Source of the DNA: a virus
Lineage: Duplodnaviria; Caudoviricetes
IMG/VR virus record: IMGVR_UViG_3300012933_000246
Coordinates: 1-27,335 of that record
Strand: one strand, 5' to 3'
Length of the DNA stretch: 27,335 bases
Each line of letters opens with the position of its first letter. Position 1 is the first letter of the stretch. The notes beneath the pieces were generated by a model. It made no database searches, was not told where the DNA came from, and saw only the letters and a program-made list of their open reading frames with translations. Below are positions 1-8,515 of this stretch, piece by piece. A program made the translations under genes and the position numbers.

Positions 1-8
1 AAGAAGGT

Positions 9-2786
9 TTGAAGGAGAAACTTCAAAATGCAACAGACAAAGAACTCGAAGCAGGGCGCATCAGCCAAGCAGTCTACGCCGCAACCACCCGTAGTTTTAA
101 CACCGGCCCAGAAGGCCGAAGCGCGGGCCAAACTCTTGGCGACCAAACGCGCGCTACTGGCGAAGGCCGCAACCGGGGTGAGTCTCAAAGGGCAGTCAAC
201 GCGGTAAGCCTGTCGGTAGACGCGCCCAAGCAGCAAGACTACCTGCAAGCCGTGGCTGAAGAGGCCGGCTACAAAAACGTTGACGAGTTTGCGGACAAAG
301 ACTATCCCGCATTCATTGCTGCCGCAGCTCAATGGCGTGGGCAGAATCCAGCCGAGTTGATGTTCAGCCGCAAGCAGCAGGGCAAAGAGACCGAGAGCTG
401 GACCATCAGCCGCAACGAAGCGGGCTATGCTCGTTTCGGCGCAGGCGCCAAAGCCTATCGCGCAGTGGCCGACCTGACCAATACCTTACTGGACAAGATC
501 CGCCTCAAGCCCATGAGTCCTGAGCTTAGCTTGGCCATGCGCAAGATGAAGGTTGAGGTCGATCGCGCTCGCAACATGACCGTTGACGTGGTCAAGAAAA
601 TGCAAGAGCTGTCCAAGGATGAGCGCCAGATGGTTAGCGATGTGATCGAAGGTGAGTTGATGGTTGGTGTCAAGCCACCCAAGCACATCCTCGAGCTGGC
701 CACTGCGATCAGCGAGATCATGACCGAGCAGTCGGATGAACTGGTTCGCTTGGGCATGATCTCAGAGAAAGCAGCCGGCCGTTGGGAGGGCAAATACCTG
801 CCACGCTTTTACGAGCAAACACTCAAGAGCGAAGCCAAGGGCTGGGCCAAAGCAGCGCGCAACCTTGTGATGCCACAGCGCACCATGCAAGGCATCAGTG
901 GCGGCAGCCTCAAAGGCCGTGGTCAATTCCAGACAATCAACGTCGAGGACTTGAACGACTGGATCGCCGAAGGCTGGGAAGTGCGTGACGAAAACTTCGA
1001 CTCATCCAAGCACGACGTCATCACCGTGTGGCGTGACTACAGCCGCGAAGAACGTGAAGGCATGGGCGAGATCCGTGACGCCATGTTCCGTTTCGCTATG
1101 GGCTACATGCGCAGCCAGCGAGACATCGCTCTTGGCAACCTCTACGAAACCTTGGCCAAAGACTTCGCTTCTCGCACCGAGAAAGAAGGCTACGTGCAGG
1201 TGCCCAAGTCAGCCATCGAAGACACCGTGGCCAAACGCTACGGCGCGCTCGCTGGTATGTGGGTGCCGGCCGAAGTCATGGACCACCTCGTTGCAAGTGA
1301 CGAGTCCATGCAAAGCGGTTTGATGAAGTTGTACCGCAGCGGTTTGTCGAAGTGGAAAGAAGGCAAGACTGTTCTCAACCCAGTGGCTCACGCCAACAAC
1401 GTGATCTCCAACTTGACGATGGCTCACTTCGCTGGCGTCTCATACTGGGATGGCCAGAAGTACCTCGGCGCGTTGAAGGACTTAGTCACCAACGCAGACA
1501 TGGTGCAAGAGGGCAAGGACGCCGGCTTGTTCGGCGGCACGTTCAACCAGTCTGAGCTGGTCGACATGTTGCCCGATGAGCTGAAAGAGTTGGCCGGCAA
1601 AACCGAAAGCGCCGCCGGCCGCGCAGGCAACATGGCTTGGAACATTGCGTCGCTCGGTCTGCGCAAACCATTGGCCATTGCCTACGAAGCTGAAGACTTG
1701 TTCTTCCGCTACTTGATCTACCGCGACGCACGCGAGCGTGGTGTCGATGTGGACGATGCAGTGACCTACGCACAGAAGTTCATCTTCACATACGACGATC
1801 TGCCCAAGGGCGCGCGCATGATTCGCGATGCGCCTATCGGCATCCCGTTTATTTCGTGGACCTACAAAGCGATCCCAGTCCTTGCTCAAACAGCAGCCGA
1901 GTTCCCTTGGCGATTCGCTGCACCGGCAACGGTGGTGATGGGCGCCAACGCCATGATGTACGCGATAGCCGCAGGTGCAACCGAAGGTGGCGACGATGAC
2001 TGGTGGGAGTTGATGAAGCGCTACGTGGTCGACGCGGACTTCCGCGAGAAGGCACGCTTGCTGGAAAAAGAAGAGCGCGCAAACTTGCCCGAGTGGCAAA
2101 AAGGTTTGAGTATCTTCGGCACTGCAAAGGTCGTGCGCCTCGGCATGGACGACGTCACTGGCTTGCCTGTGTTCTTGGACATCAGCCGCATCTTCCCCGG
2201 TGGCGACATGGGCGACTTCAACAGCAACACTGGTGGCTTACCCCTGCCTGCGTGGTTGACGCCCAACAGCCCGGCTATATCAGCGCTCAGTGCCTACATC
2301 ACAAACCGTGACTTGTTCACTGGCAAAGATGTTGTCGACAAAGACTTGGACACTGACGCAGAGAAAGCTGCGAAGTGGGGCGAGTGGGCGTACAAGCAGG
2401 TCATGCCTGCGATCGCTCCGTTCAACTACCACTTCGACCGCACAATGAATGCGTTGGCCAACTCAACTGGCAAAGACATCGATCTGTATTTCCGTGAGTA
2501 CACGGGCACAGACAAGATGGGCCAGCCAGTGCAAGCCAAGTACGCAGCGATGCAAACGGTTGGTGTCAAGGCGCGACCTGTTGACCTTGATGTTGCTCAG
2601 CAAATCAACGCCAGCAAACGCAACGCGCAGATCCGAGAAATCGAAAAGCAGATGCGTGCGGTCCAACGCGGAAACGCCCGTGGGTTCTACACCGACGAGC
2701 GTTCAGAAGTTCTTCTCGATCGCTTGGATGAGAAGAAGCAAAACCTCAAGGAAGGTCTGACGGTTGGGGGAAAGGAACCAAAGTAA
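9..2786 (+). CDS. Large internal virion / DNA-ejection-type protein, C-terminal part (5'-truncated by the window edge)
   Basis: At least 925 aa; the frame is open to the window edge. Helical, Ala/Gly-rich, with segments such as EDLFFR..Y, FTYDDLP and PFISWTYK typical of giant podophage internal/polyvalent proteins. Last gene before a convergent operon. Confidence 0.6.
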   Translation: MKEKLQNATDKELEAGRISQAVYAATTRSFNTGPEGRSAGQTLGDQTRATGEGRNRGESQRAVNAVSLSVDAPKQQDYLQAVAEEAGYKNVDEFADKDYPAFIAAAAQWRGQNPAELMFSRKQQGKETESWTISRNEAGYARFGAGAKAYRAVADLTNTLLDKIRLKPMSPELSLAMRKMKVEVDRARNMTVDVVKKMQELSKDERQMVSDVIEGELMVGVKPPKHILELATAISEIMTEQSDELVRLGMISEKAAGRWEGKYLPRFYEQTLKSEAKGWAKAARNLVMPQRTMQGISGGSLKGRGQFQTINVEDLNDWIAEGWEVRDENFDSSKHDVITVWRDYSREEREGMGEIRDAMFRFAMGYMRSQRDIALGNLYETLAKDFASRTEKEGYVQVPKSAIEDTVAKRYGALAGMWVPAEVMDHLVASDESMQSGLMKLYRSGLSKWKEGKTVLNPVAHANNVISNLTMAHFAGVSYWDGQKYLGALKDLVTNADMVQEGKDAGLFGGTFNQSELVDMLPDELKELAGKTESAAGRAGNMAWNIASLGLRKPLAIAYEAEDLFFRYLIYRDARERGVDVDDAVTYAQKFIFTYDDLPKGARMIRDAPIGIPFISWTYKAIPVLAQTAAEFPWRFAAPATVVMGANAMMYAIAAGATEGGDDDWWELMKRYVVDADFREKARLLEKEERANLPEWQKGLSIFGTAKVVRLGMDDVTGLPVFLDISRIFPGGDMGDFNSNTGGLPLPAWLTPNSPAISALSAYITNRDLFTGKDVVDKDLDTDAEKAAKWGEWAYKQVMPAIAPFNYHFDRTMNALANSTGKDIDLYFREYTGTDKMGQPVQAKYAAMQTVGVKARPVDLDVAQQINASKRNAQIREIEKQMRAVQRGNARGFYTDERSEVLLDRLDEKKQNLKEGLTVGGKEPK

Positions 2787-2973
2787 ATTTCTGGTCCCTC
2801 ACCCATATCGACATACTAGCGGCCGTGTCCCCAAAGGGCATGGCCGCTATTTTGTTTGCGATCTCATCAAGCGTTTGGTTGCGCGCGTGGTGCGCCAACT
2901 CGATGAGTGTTTCGATGGCGTTTGCTGCCAGCTCTGGGTTTGCTTTCACAAACTCTTCGGTCCATATTTTCAT
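2746..2973 (-). CDS. Hypothetical protein (75 aa)
   Basis: Start overlaps the stop of 2970..3227; last gene of the leftward operon; 3' end overlaps the convergent gene. Confidence 0.6.
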   Translation of the reverse strand: MKIWTEEFVKANPELAANAIETLIELAHHARNQTLDEIANKIAAMPFGDTAASMSIWVRDQKFTLVPFPQPSDLP

Positions 2974-3227
2974 TTGAGTATCCCAATAAAGCCAATCACG
3001 ATAAGGCCAACAGCCGCTCCGTAGTACAGGATGGCAGCGGCCTTCTGTATGCGTTGCTCAGATGCCTCGCGCTTGCGTGCAACCTCAGCAACATAGGCCA
3101 TGTAGATTTCATGCAGCTCAGGTGGCAAGCTGTACACAACAAGGTCGCGAATCTCGCGGTTCAATTTCTCTTCAGCGTATTTGTCCAGCACTGACTTCAG
3201 TGCATCGGCGTCAACTTTAAAACTCAT
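2970..3227 (-). CDS. Hypothetical protein with C-terminal transmembrane helix
   Basis: ATGA coupling with the upstream gene; hydrophobic tail AILYYGAAVGLIVIGFIGIL. Confidence 0.7.
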   Translation of the reverse strand: MSFKVDADALKSVLDKYAEEKLNREIRDLVVYSLPPELHEIYMAYVAEVARKREASEQRIQKAAAILYYGAAVGLIVIGFIGILK

Positions 3228-3712
3228 GCTGTCTCCGGTTCTTTGATGAAGATGGAGCGGCTCTTACCGCTGCGCCAATCTTTGTTGATGATGTCCATTG
3301 CAAGCTCCATGTCTTTGACTGTTACTTGATCAAGCTGCGCGTCGTGGATCTGAGTCACTAGGTTGATGGCCACCAGCTCGTCGGCTCGACAAACAAAACG
3401 ATCTCCCGCCTGCACGCCTCGACGCGTTACTGCAAGCAGCGCGTCTTGCCCGGCTCTGATCTCAGTCGCCCAGTCAGCACCGAGGTCAGGGCGGAGGCGA
3501 CTGAATGCTTCGGCCATGTTGCCTTGACCAATCAGCACATCGATGTCGTTGCGCGTGGCAGTGCCCGTGCGCAAGGCTTCCATCGCTGCATGATTCTTGA
3601 TGCGCAAGGTGACGGCCACGCTCACGTCGTCAAACTTCTTGAGGCCCGACTGCACGTATGCCATCGTGTCGATGCGCACACCCTTGGGTCTGTACTTACT
3701 TCTTTTTCGCAT
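3224..3712 (-). CDS. Phage hypothetical protein (MRKRSKYRPK N-terminus)
   Basis: 162-aa ORF in a tightly coupled operon; basic N-terminus of a type I recall from betaproteobacterial phages. Confidence 0.8.
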   Translation of the reverse strand: MRKRSKYRPKGVRIDTMAYVQSGLKKFDDVSVAVTLRIKNHAAMEALRTGTATRNDIDVLIGQGNMAEAFSRLRPDLGADWATEIRAGQDALLAVTRRGVQAGDRFVCRADELVAINLVTQIHDAQLDQVTVKDMELAMDIINKDWRSGKSRSIFIKEPETA

Positions 3713-3896
3713 TTCGTTTTTCCATTTCGGCGATCAACGCGCCACACAATTCACGAGCGGCAGCGTTGTCGTTGCCCTTTGCTGTGATGACTACAACGTA
3801 GCCGTCAACACGAACGCCGCGTGCAAGACTGGTCCAATCTTTCGCAGGGACTATCGGCCTGTACGGCGTCGTCAGTCCGATTGGTTTGCGAGTCAT
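3696..3896 (-). CDS. Hypothetical protein (66 aa)
   Basis: ATGA-coupled to 3893..4054; overlaps the start of the next gene. Confidence 0.6.
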   Translation of the reverse strand: MTRKPIGLTTPYRPIVPAKDWTSLARGVRVDGYVVVITAKGNDNAAARELCGALIAEMEKRNAKKK

Positions 3897-4054
3897 TGCA
3901 AGCCACCTAAGTTCTTAGCTGCCCACTGTTCAAACATCTCGTCTGTCTTCTGCGGTTTGCTGCGTGGCTTCGGTGGTTTCGGTTGCTTCTCGACCTTTGG
4001 CTTTGGCTTTGGCTTGCCCGGCCAAGGTGCGTTGGGTGCAAGCACTGTCTTCAT
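3893..4054 (-). CDS. Small Pro/Lys-rich protein (53 aa), not in the ORF track
   Basis: Translated by hand: MKTVLAPNAPWPGKPKPKPKVEKQPKPPKPRSKPQKTDEMFEQWAAKNLGGLQ. ATGA overlaps at both ends (4051-4054, 3893-3896). Confidence 0.75.
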   Translation of the reverse strand: MKTVLAPNAPWPGKPKPKPKVEKQPKPPKPRSKPQKTDEMFEQWAAKNLGGLQ

Positions 4055-4347
4055 GACCGCTTCTTTGGCGCGCCGGCCTTTGAGTATGTAAAAAACTCAG
4101 TCCTCTCGAGGTTGAGCTTCTTAGGCTTTGGTCGGTGCATGTGAGCTGGCGCAGTGGCCGAGATCTCTTTGTCCGATATGCCAAACACTGTACCGTGGCT
4201 GGGCTTTGTCTTGCGCACTTCGTCGACGTGCGCGGACAAGGCTTGGCCAGCTCGAGTCATGCGAGACTCAAGTCGAATGTCTGTCAAGAAGTTTGGGTGG
4301 TACGTCTTGATGTAGTCGGGATGAAACGCGTTCATGATTACAGTCAT
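4051..4347 (-). CDS. Hypothetical protein (98 aa)
   Basis: ATGA-coupled on both sides. Confidence 0.75.
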   Translation of the reverse strand: MTVIMNAFHPDYIKTYHPNFLTDIRLESRMTRAGQALSAHVDEVRKTKPSHGTVFGISDKEISATAPAHMHRPKPKKLNLERTEFFTYSKAGAPKKRS

Positions 4348-4532
4348 TTGTTTTCTACCCCTTCAATGGTCGTTGATGGTGGCGACGCAATAGCTTGGCG
4401 GTCTCGGACCCAAGTCTTTATGACGTCGTGAAAGACGCCGTTCAGCTCTAGCACAACTCGCTCTGATCGCTCTTGCCCAGACAAGATGGCCAGATCAAAA
4501 CTGATCGTGACTTTGTATTGGTCTACTTTCAT
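4344..4532 (-). CDS. Hypothetical protein (62 aa)
   Basis: In operon; stop overlaps the next start. Confidence 0.65.
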   Translation of the reverse strand: MKVDQYKVTISFDLAILSGQERSERVVLELNGVFHDVIKTWVRDRQAIASPPSTTIEGVENK

Positions 4533-4541
4533 AACGGCGCC

Positions 4542-4820
4542 TTAGTAGTCAACGTCTTGCAGCGCAATGAACGCAGCGACGTCGGTGTTTTGTTTTTGTC
4601 GCAGCACTTCATTCACCAAATGTGGAAGGCGGTCGCGCAACTCTTGCGGCATCTTGTCGTAGTGCACGCAATGCAGTGAGTGCAGCATGTCGTAGGCTGG
4701 ACCGGCTTGTCGTCCGCCCACCATCTTCAACACTTGATCTACTTTGCAGATGTCGAAGTAGTTCTTTTCAAACAGCTGTGTTACTGCTGTCTGAACTACT
4801 AGCCTCTTTGTGTCCGGCAA
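4542..4820 (-). CDS. Hypothetical protein; start uncertain (TTG 4820 or ATG 4982)
   Basis: The C-terminal ~90 aa look globular (YFDICKVD, LHSLHCVHYDKMP). The extension to 4982 is Ser/Thr-rich and overlaps another ORF. Confidence 0.6.
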   Translation of the reverse strand: MPDTKRLVVQTAVTQLFEKNYFDICKVDQVLKMVGGRQAGPAYDMLHSLHCVHYDKMPQELRDRLPHLVNEVLRQKQNTDVAAFIALQDVDY

Positions 4821-4995
4821 CGCCGAGCACGCGAGCGAGGTGCTCTCGCATGCCGTGAAGTTGGATCTGCCATATTGTGTCGAGGACTCCTCGATGGTAG
4901 GCTGATTTGACTTCGTGTTCGTTGAGGTAGTGTGATCCGATGAGCCCGATCGCGAGCCCCGCCATAAAGATAGAGAAAGCATCAGAGAACTCCAT
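4768..4995 (-). CDS. Small membrane-anchored hypothetical protein (75 aa)
   Basis: N-terminal hydrophobic helix; AAGGA upstream. Confidence 0.55.
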   Translation of the reverse strand: MEFSDAFSIFMAGLAIGLIGSHYLNEHEVKSAYHRGVLDTIWQIQLHGMREHLARVLGVAGHKEASSSDSSNTAV

Positions 4996-5116
4996 GATTA
5001 AAAGATCCTTGGATTAGAGGGCTGTCTGGAAGACGCGCTCGTTGCGCTTGTTGATACTGCTGCTCTTGGGCTTTAGTCCAAGGCACTGGTCCTGTCGCTG
5101 GTGGGAATGGCCACAT
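4982..5116 (-). CDS. Small protein (44 aa, MWPFPP...), not in the ORF track
   Basis: Hand translation MWPFPPATGPVPWTKAQEQQYQQAQRARLPDSPLIQGSFNHGVL; GAAAGGG upstream; fills the operon gap. Confidence 0.6.
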   Translation of the reverse strand: MWPFPPATGPVPWTKAQEQQYQQAQRARLPDSPLIQGSFNHGVL

Positions 5117-5119
5117 AAT

Positions 5120-5302
5120 TTAGCCCTTTCTAAAACACACAAAGCGGTGTTCTTTCGTGCTTCCATTAACCAGCTGTTTAGTGATGTTCGCAGCTGCAAC
5201 GCATTGCGGTTCACCGGCAAAGCCGTCGATGTGAGTGATCGTTACGCTATCGCCTTTGGCAAGCATGCCGGCGTATATGTAAATGACGAGAGTCCAGTTC
5301 AT
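5120..5302 (-). CDS. Small exported/membrane protein with a Cys pair (60 aa)
   Basis: ATG 5302 overlaps the upstream stop (ATGA); GGAG upstream; hydrophobic N-terminus. Confidence 0.7.
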   Translation of the reverse strand: MNWTLVIYIYAGMLAKGDSVTITHIDGFAGEPQCVAAANITKQLVNGSTKEHRFVCFRKG

Positions 5303-5592
5303 TTGTTTTTCTCCATGCTCAATAAAAATAAAACACAACAACCAAGATGCGCAAGGTGTGATAGCCCTGTCTCTTGATCGCTACGCTCGCCTTGCTGATA
5401 CGCAACCAAGTGGCGGAATGCCGCTTTGACGTATCGCTCAGCTTCGACATTTTTCCAGTTGTCTCTGGCGTATTTACGTGCTCCGAACTCCAGCACTTTT
5501 ACGATGTCTTCAATACTATCCCAAGGCAGTAGGGTGTAGTCCAGTTTGTCGGTATCAAATTTAATACCTGTTGTTTTTACGCAGTCGGTCAT
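5299..5592 (-). CDS. dATP/dGTP diphosphohydrolase N-terminal domain protein (DUF5664-like)
   Basis: Motifs G.K.D..K.DY.LLP, VLEFGARKY..DNW, AAFRHL, D.ETGLSHLAH..CC..FL. Confidence 0.85.
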   Translation of the reverse strand: MTDCVKTTGIKFDTDKLDYTLLPWDSIEDIVKVLEFGARKYARDNWKNVEAERYVKAAFRHLVAYQQGERSDQETGLSHLAHLGCCVLFLLSMEKNK

Positions 5593-7607
5593 CAGTCGAT
5601 CTCCTTCATGTAGTACTCAGTCTCGAAGCCGTCGCCGCGCAGTGGCAGGTCAGGCGCCCAACCGATGGGTCGGCCCATGATCTCTTCGGCTTCCTTCAAC
5701 GTGCCGTTCTCCATCTCCATGATGATCTCGTCGTGCACTGTGGCCAGCTGCTCGTACCCGCTTTGGTCCAGTGCCAGCATCGACTCGCGCAGGCAGTCAC
5801 GCGCCACCGCTTGTGTGATGTTCTCCACCAGCTTGCCGCCGTAGGTCGACAGCCGCGTCCACTGTTTGGTCTTCTGGTCTTGGCCTTCGTAGGTGAGAGA
5901 CCCGGCACGGGCCACCACAAACTTGCCGCCTGCTGACGTCTCGCGGATCAGGTCCTCGACCTCAATGCGAGGCTTGACATAGAACAGCTTGCGACCGCTT
6001 GGCAATTCAATCGTGAGGAACCCAGACTCAAGTGCGAACACCAGCTTTGCGCGCTTGTTGGCGACGTGGAGGGTCACGCTTGTCTTACGCTGCACTGCCT
6101 GCTTGGCTGCGCCTTCACATGAGTACCACAGCTGGACGATCTCAGGGTTGGCAGCGCGCCACGCGTCCTTGATCGGGTCAAGCTCGTCCTCTGTCAGGCC
6201 CATGTCCAACGCGCCCATTGTCTTGAGTGCACCGGCACCGCCTTGATAGCCGAGTGCGAGCTCAGAGATCTTGCCCTTCTGGCGGTAAGGCGACTTCTTG
6301 GTGACGCTGCCCGGTGGCAAGTGAAACATTTGCTCAGCCGATGCTTCGTAAATTTTGCCGTGCGTGTTGAACACATCAAGGCGCCACTCACACCATGCCA
6401 GCCAAGCGATCACACGGGCCTCAATGGCGCTGAAGTCGACGATGATGAACCGACACCCTTCGCGTGCAACGAACGCGGTCCTGATGAGCTGTGAGAGCGT
6501 GTCAGGCACGGTGCCGAACAGCATCTCCAGCTCGTCGAACTGGCGGGCCTTCAACATGCGACGTGCAAGGTCGATGTCTTTCAATTTATTTTGTGGCAGG
6601 TTCTGCACCTGCACGAGACGGCCAGCCCATCGGCCGGTACGGTTCGCACCGTAGAACTGGGTCAGCCCTTTGACCGCGCTGTCTGTGTCGCACATGGCGC
6701 GGGCCATCGCGTGGTACTTGGACACGCTAGTCTTGGCCAGCTCTTGACGCAGTGACAGCACGCGTCGTGTGACGTCGCTGCTGGTGGACTCGAGGATCTT
6801 GGGGATCGCCTTCTTGGTCAGGTCCTTGATCGAGTCATCGTCCTCTGCCTCTTGCAACCACGCGAGCAACTGGTTGCGTGAGTTGGGGTTGTCAAGACCT
6901 GTGAGCTGCATCGCTTCGTTGGTCATGCGCTCTTTGAAAATGTTGTCGCATTCGATCGCGGCCATCACCAACTGGCGGTCGACCTTGACGCCCTTGTTCA
7001 TCATGCGTTGGTCGAGGTGCCACAACTTCCACTCTTCGTCTGGCACTTGGAACTTGGCCAGCTTCATCGACACCGCGCGCTCAGACTCAACGTCTTGGCC
7101 ACAGTAATCTTTGAACAGCTGCCACTTCTCTGGGTGGTGGTGCGGCAGGTTGCGCGTGCGGCCACCGTTCGCTTTGGTTGCTTTGCATGGCAGGCAGAAG
7201 TAACGAATCAACGACCAGCCGATCGATGCTTTCTGTTTGTCTGCTGCTAAGCCGATGACCTTGCCAACGTCGGCAAGGCTGCCGGGCAGGCCAAGGTACA
7301 GCGCGTGCACACTGGTGCATCGCCATTGTGTTTCGTCCATGCGCACTGCATAGTGTCGCGTCAAACACGCCATCTCGAACGCGGCGTTGTACGCAGCCTT
7401 GATGACGGTTGGGTCCCAGAGGCTACGCTCTACGTGCTGCGGGATCTTCTCGCCTGCCATCAGGTCGATTACGTTTACTGGTCCGTCGCCGAACGCGTAG
7501 GCGAACAACATGATCTCAAAGTTTTCGGACTCGACGTACTTGTGCACGCCGCACTTCTTCAGGTCGACGTCGCTGTATGTCTCAAGGTCAATTCGTAGTG
7601 TGGTCAT
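5592..7607 (-). CDS. polA: Phage family-A DNA polymerase with 3'-5' exonuclease (APSE/SPO2-like)
   Basis: ExoI DLETYS, ExoII YNAAFE, ExoIII YCGQDV; RTGRWAG; motif A DFSAIEAR; motif B RQKGKISELALGY; motif C VHDE. Confidence 0.96.
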   Translation of the reverse strand: MTTLRIDLETYSDVDLKKCGVHKYVESENFEIMLFAYAFGDGPVNVIDLMAGEKIPQHVERSLWDPTVIKAAYNAAFEMACLTRHYAVRMDETQWRCTSVHALYLGLPGSLADVGKVIGLAADKQKASIGWSLIRYFCLPCKATKANGGRTRNLPHHHPEKWQLFKDYCGQDVESERAVSMKLAKFQVPDEEWKLWHLDQRMMNKGVKVDRQLVMAAIECDNIFKERMTNEAMQLTGLDNPNSRNQLLAWLQEAEDDDSIKDLTKKAIPKILESTSSDVTRRVLSLRQELAKTSVSKYHAMARAMCDTDSAVKGLTQFYGANRTGRWAGRLVQVQNLPQNKLKDIDLARRMLKARQFDELEMLFGTVPDTLSQLIRTAFVAREGCRFIIVDFSAIEARVIAWLAWCEWRLDVFNTHGKIYEASAEQMFHLPPGSVTKKSPYRQKGKISELALGYQGGAGALKTMGALDMGLTEDELDPIKDAWRAANPEIVQLWYSCEGAAKQAVQRKTSVTLHVANKRAKLVFALESGFLTIELPSGRKLFYVKPRIEVEDLIRETSAGGKFVVARAGSLTYEGQDQKTKQWTRLSTYGGKLVENITQAVARDCLRESMLALDQSGYEQLATVHDEIIMEMENGTLKEAEEIMGRPIGWAPDLPLRGDGFETEYYMKEID

Positions 7608-7663
7608 AGCAAGCGGTCGATGTAGGTGTCAACCAACAGGCCGACGATCAGAAGTGTCATCAT
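7604..7663 (-). CDS. Putative 19-aa micro-ORF coupling translation into the polymerase
   Basis: MMTLLIVGLLVDTYIDRLL; ATGA overlaps at both 7660-7663 and 7604-7607. Confidence 0.45.
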   Translation of the reverse strand: MMTLLIVGLLVDTYIDRLL

Positions 7664-7878
7664 TGGGCGGCCTTCGCCTCTTGCACTGCTTCGCGCAACA
7701 CGATCATGATCGACGTCAGTACGTCGGCGTCATCGGCCACTCGTGGGCTTAGGTAACGCTCGATCTCAGCAACCGACGCTTTAAAGGCTTCGTAGTCTTC
7801 GACTTCGCCTAGCGACTGTGGGCTAAATTCAATTACCAAACCAAGGGCGGCAAAAGCTGCAAGCTGTTCATGCGTCAT
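7660..7878 (-). CDS. Hypothetical protein (72 aa)
   Basis: ATG 7878 overlaps the upstream stop; GAAAGG RBS. Confidence 0.7.
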   Translation of the reverse strand: MTHEQLAAFAALGLVIEFSPQSLGEVEDYEAFKASVAEIERYLSPRVADDADVLTSIMIVLREAVQEAKAAQ

Positions 7879-8081
7879 ACCATGCCTTTCAAGGCTTTGC
7901 CGCAAAAGGGGCAGTAAGACGCGAACAGTGCAGGGGGTTTCTTACGCACCTTCAAGTCCAGCTTTTCAACGCTCAACTGGATTAGCTCTCGCTTTTCCAC
8001 TGAGCAGTCAATCGCCAAAGACAGGATGCCGTTGTGCTCTGTTAACTGTTCGTTTATTTCTTTAATGCATTTGTGAATCAT
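7875..8081 (-). CDS. Small Zn-finger-like protein (CPFCG)
   Basis: 68 aa with HKC near the N-terminus and YCPFCG near the C-terminus; GGAG RBS. Confidence 0.75.
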   Translation of the reverse strand: MIHKCIKEINEQLTEHNGILSLAIDCSVEKRELIQLSVEKLDLKVRKKPPALFASYCPFCGKALKGMV

Positions 8082-8176
8082 GTGTTCTCCAGTTGTTCAA
8101 GTAGCTGGGCGATGAGCCGCTCGTAGTGGCGGATCAATACCCAGAGCTGTTCGGGTGTAAAGGTTTCTTGTTCCAT
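8078..8176 (-). CDS. Putative 32-aa helical peptide, not in the ORF track
   Basis: MEQETFTPEQLWVLIRHYERLIAQLLEQLENT; stop overlaps the next ATG (ATGA). Confidence 0.45.
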   Translation of the reverse strand: MEQETFTPEQLWVLIRHYERLIAQLLEQLENT

Positions 8177-8220
8177 TTGGGTGAGGGCTGGCCCTCACCT
8201 AAATGCCCCATCGCTGGGGC
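8174..8220 (-). terminator. Tandem hairpins (possible terminator/attenuator)
   Basis: Minus strand GCCCCA-GCGA-TGGGGC followed by ATTT, then a 15-bp near-perfect inverted repeat (8174-8188/8191-8205). The U-tract is weak. Confidence 0.4.
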
Positions 8221-8225
8221 GGACC

Positions 8226-8498
8226 TTACGCGAGGACGTCAGAGGAATCTGGATCGTCGGCAGGCTCTTCAACCTTGGCAGGCTTGCTCTTGCGTGGCTG
8301 CTTCGGCGCCTTGACTTTCTCTTGCTTGGCTTTCTCTGCCTCAGCTAACTGTTGCAACTGAAACTGAGCTTGGCCTACGATCTCTGCAAGCAACGGGGCT
8401 ACTTGTGCATGAGGCATGGTGGATTGATTCAACGCAGCGCGGACAATCTCAATGCCGGCAGGGACCATCTTGATAGTGAGGATAGGTGGTTGTGACAT
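8226..8498 (-). CDS. Hypothetical protein (90 aa)
   Basis: ATG with GAAAG upstream; helical N-terminal half, Lys/Pro-rich then acidic tail. Confidence 0.75.
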   Translation of the reverse strand: MSQPPILTIKMVPAGIEIVRAALNQSTMPHAQVAPLLAEIVGQAQFQLQQLAEAEKAKQEKVKAPKQPRKSKPAKVEEPADDPDSSDVLA

Positions 8499-8515
8499 GG
8501 TGATCTTTCAAAAGT

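Noticed and set aside
3960-4020. Short tandem repeats (GGCTTT)n
   Set aside because: They simply encode the Lys-Pro repeats of the 53-aa ORF.
5299-7607. Z-genome (2-aminoadenine) system
   Set aside because: No purZ or HD-family dATPase in the window; the single hydrolase domain is insufficient evidence.
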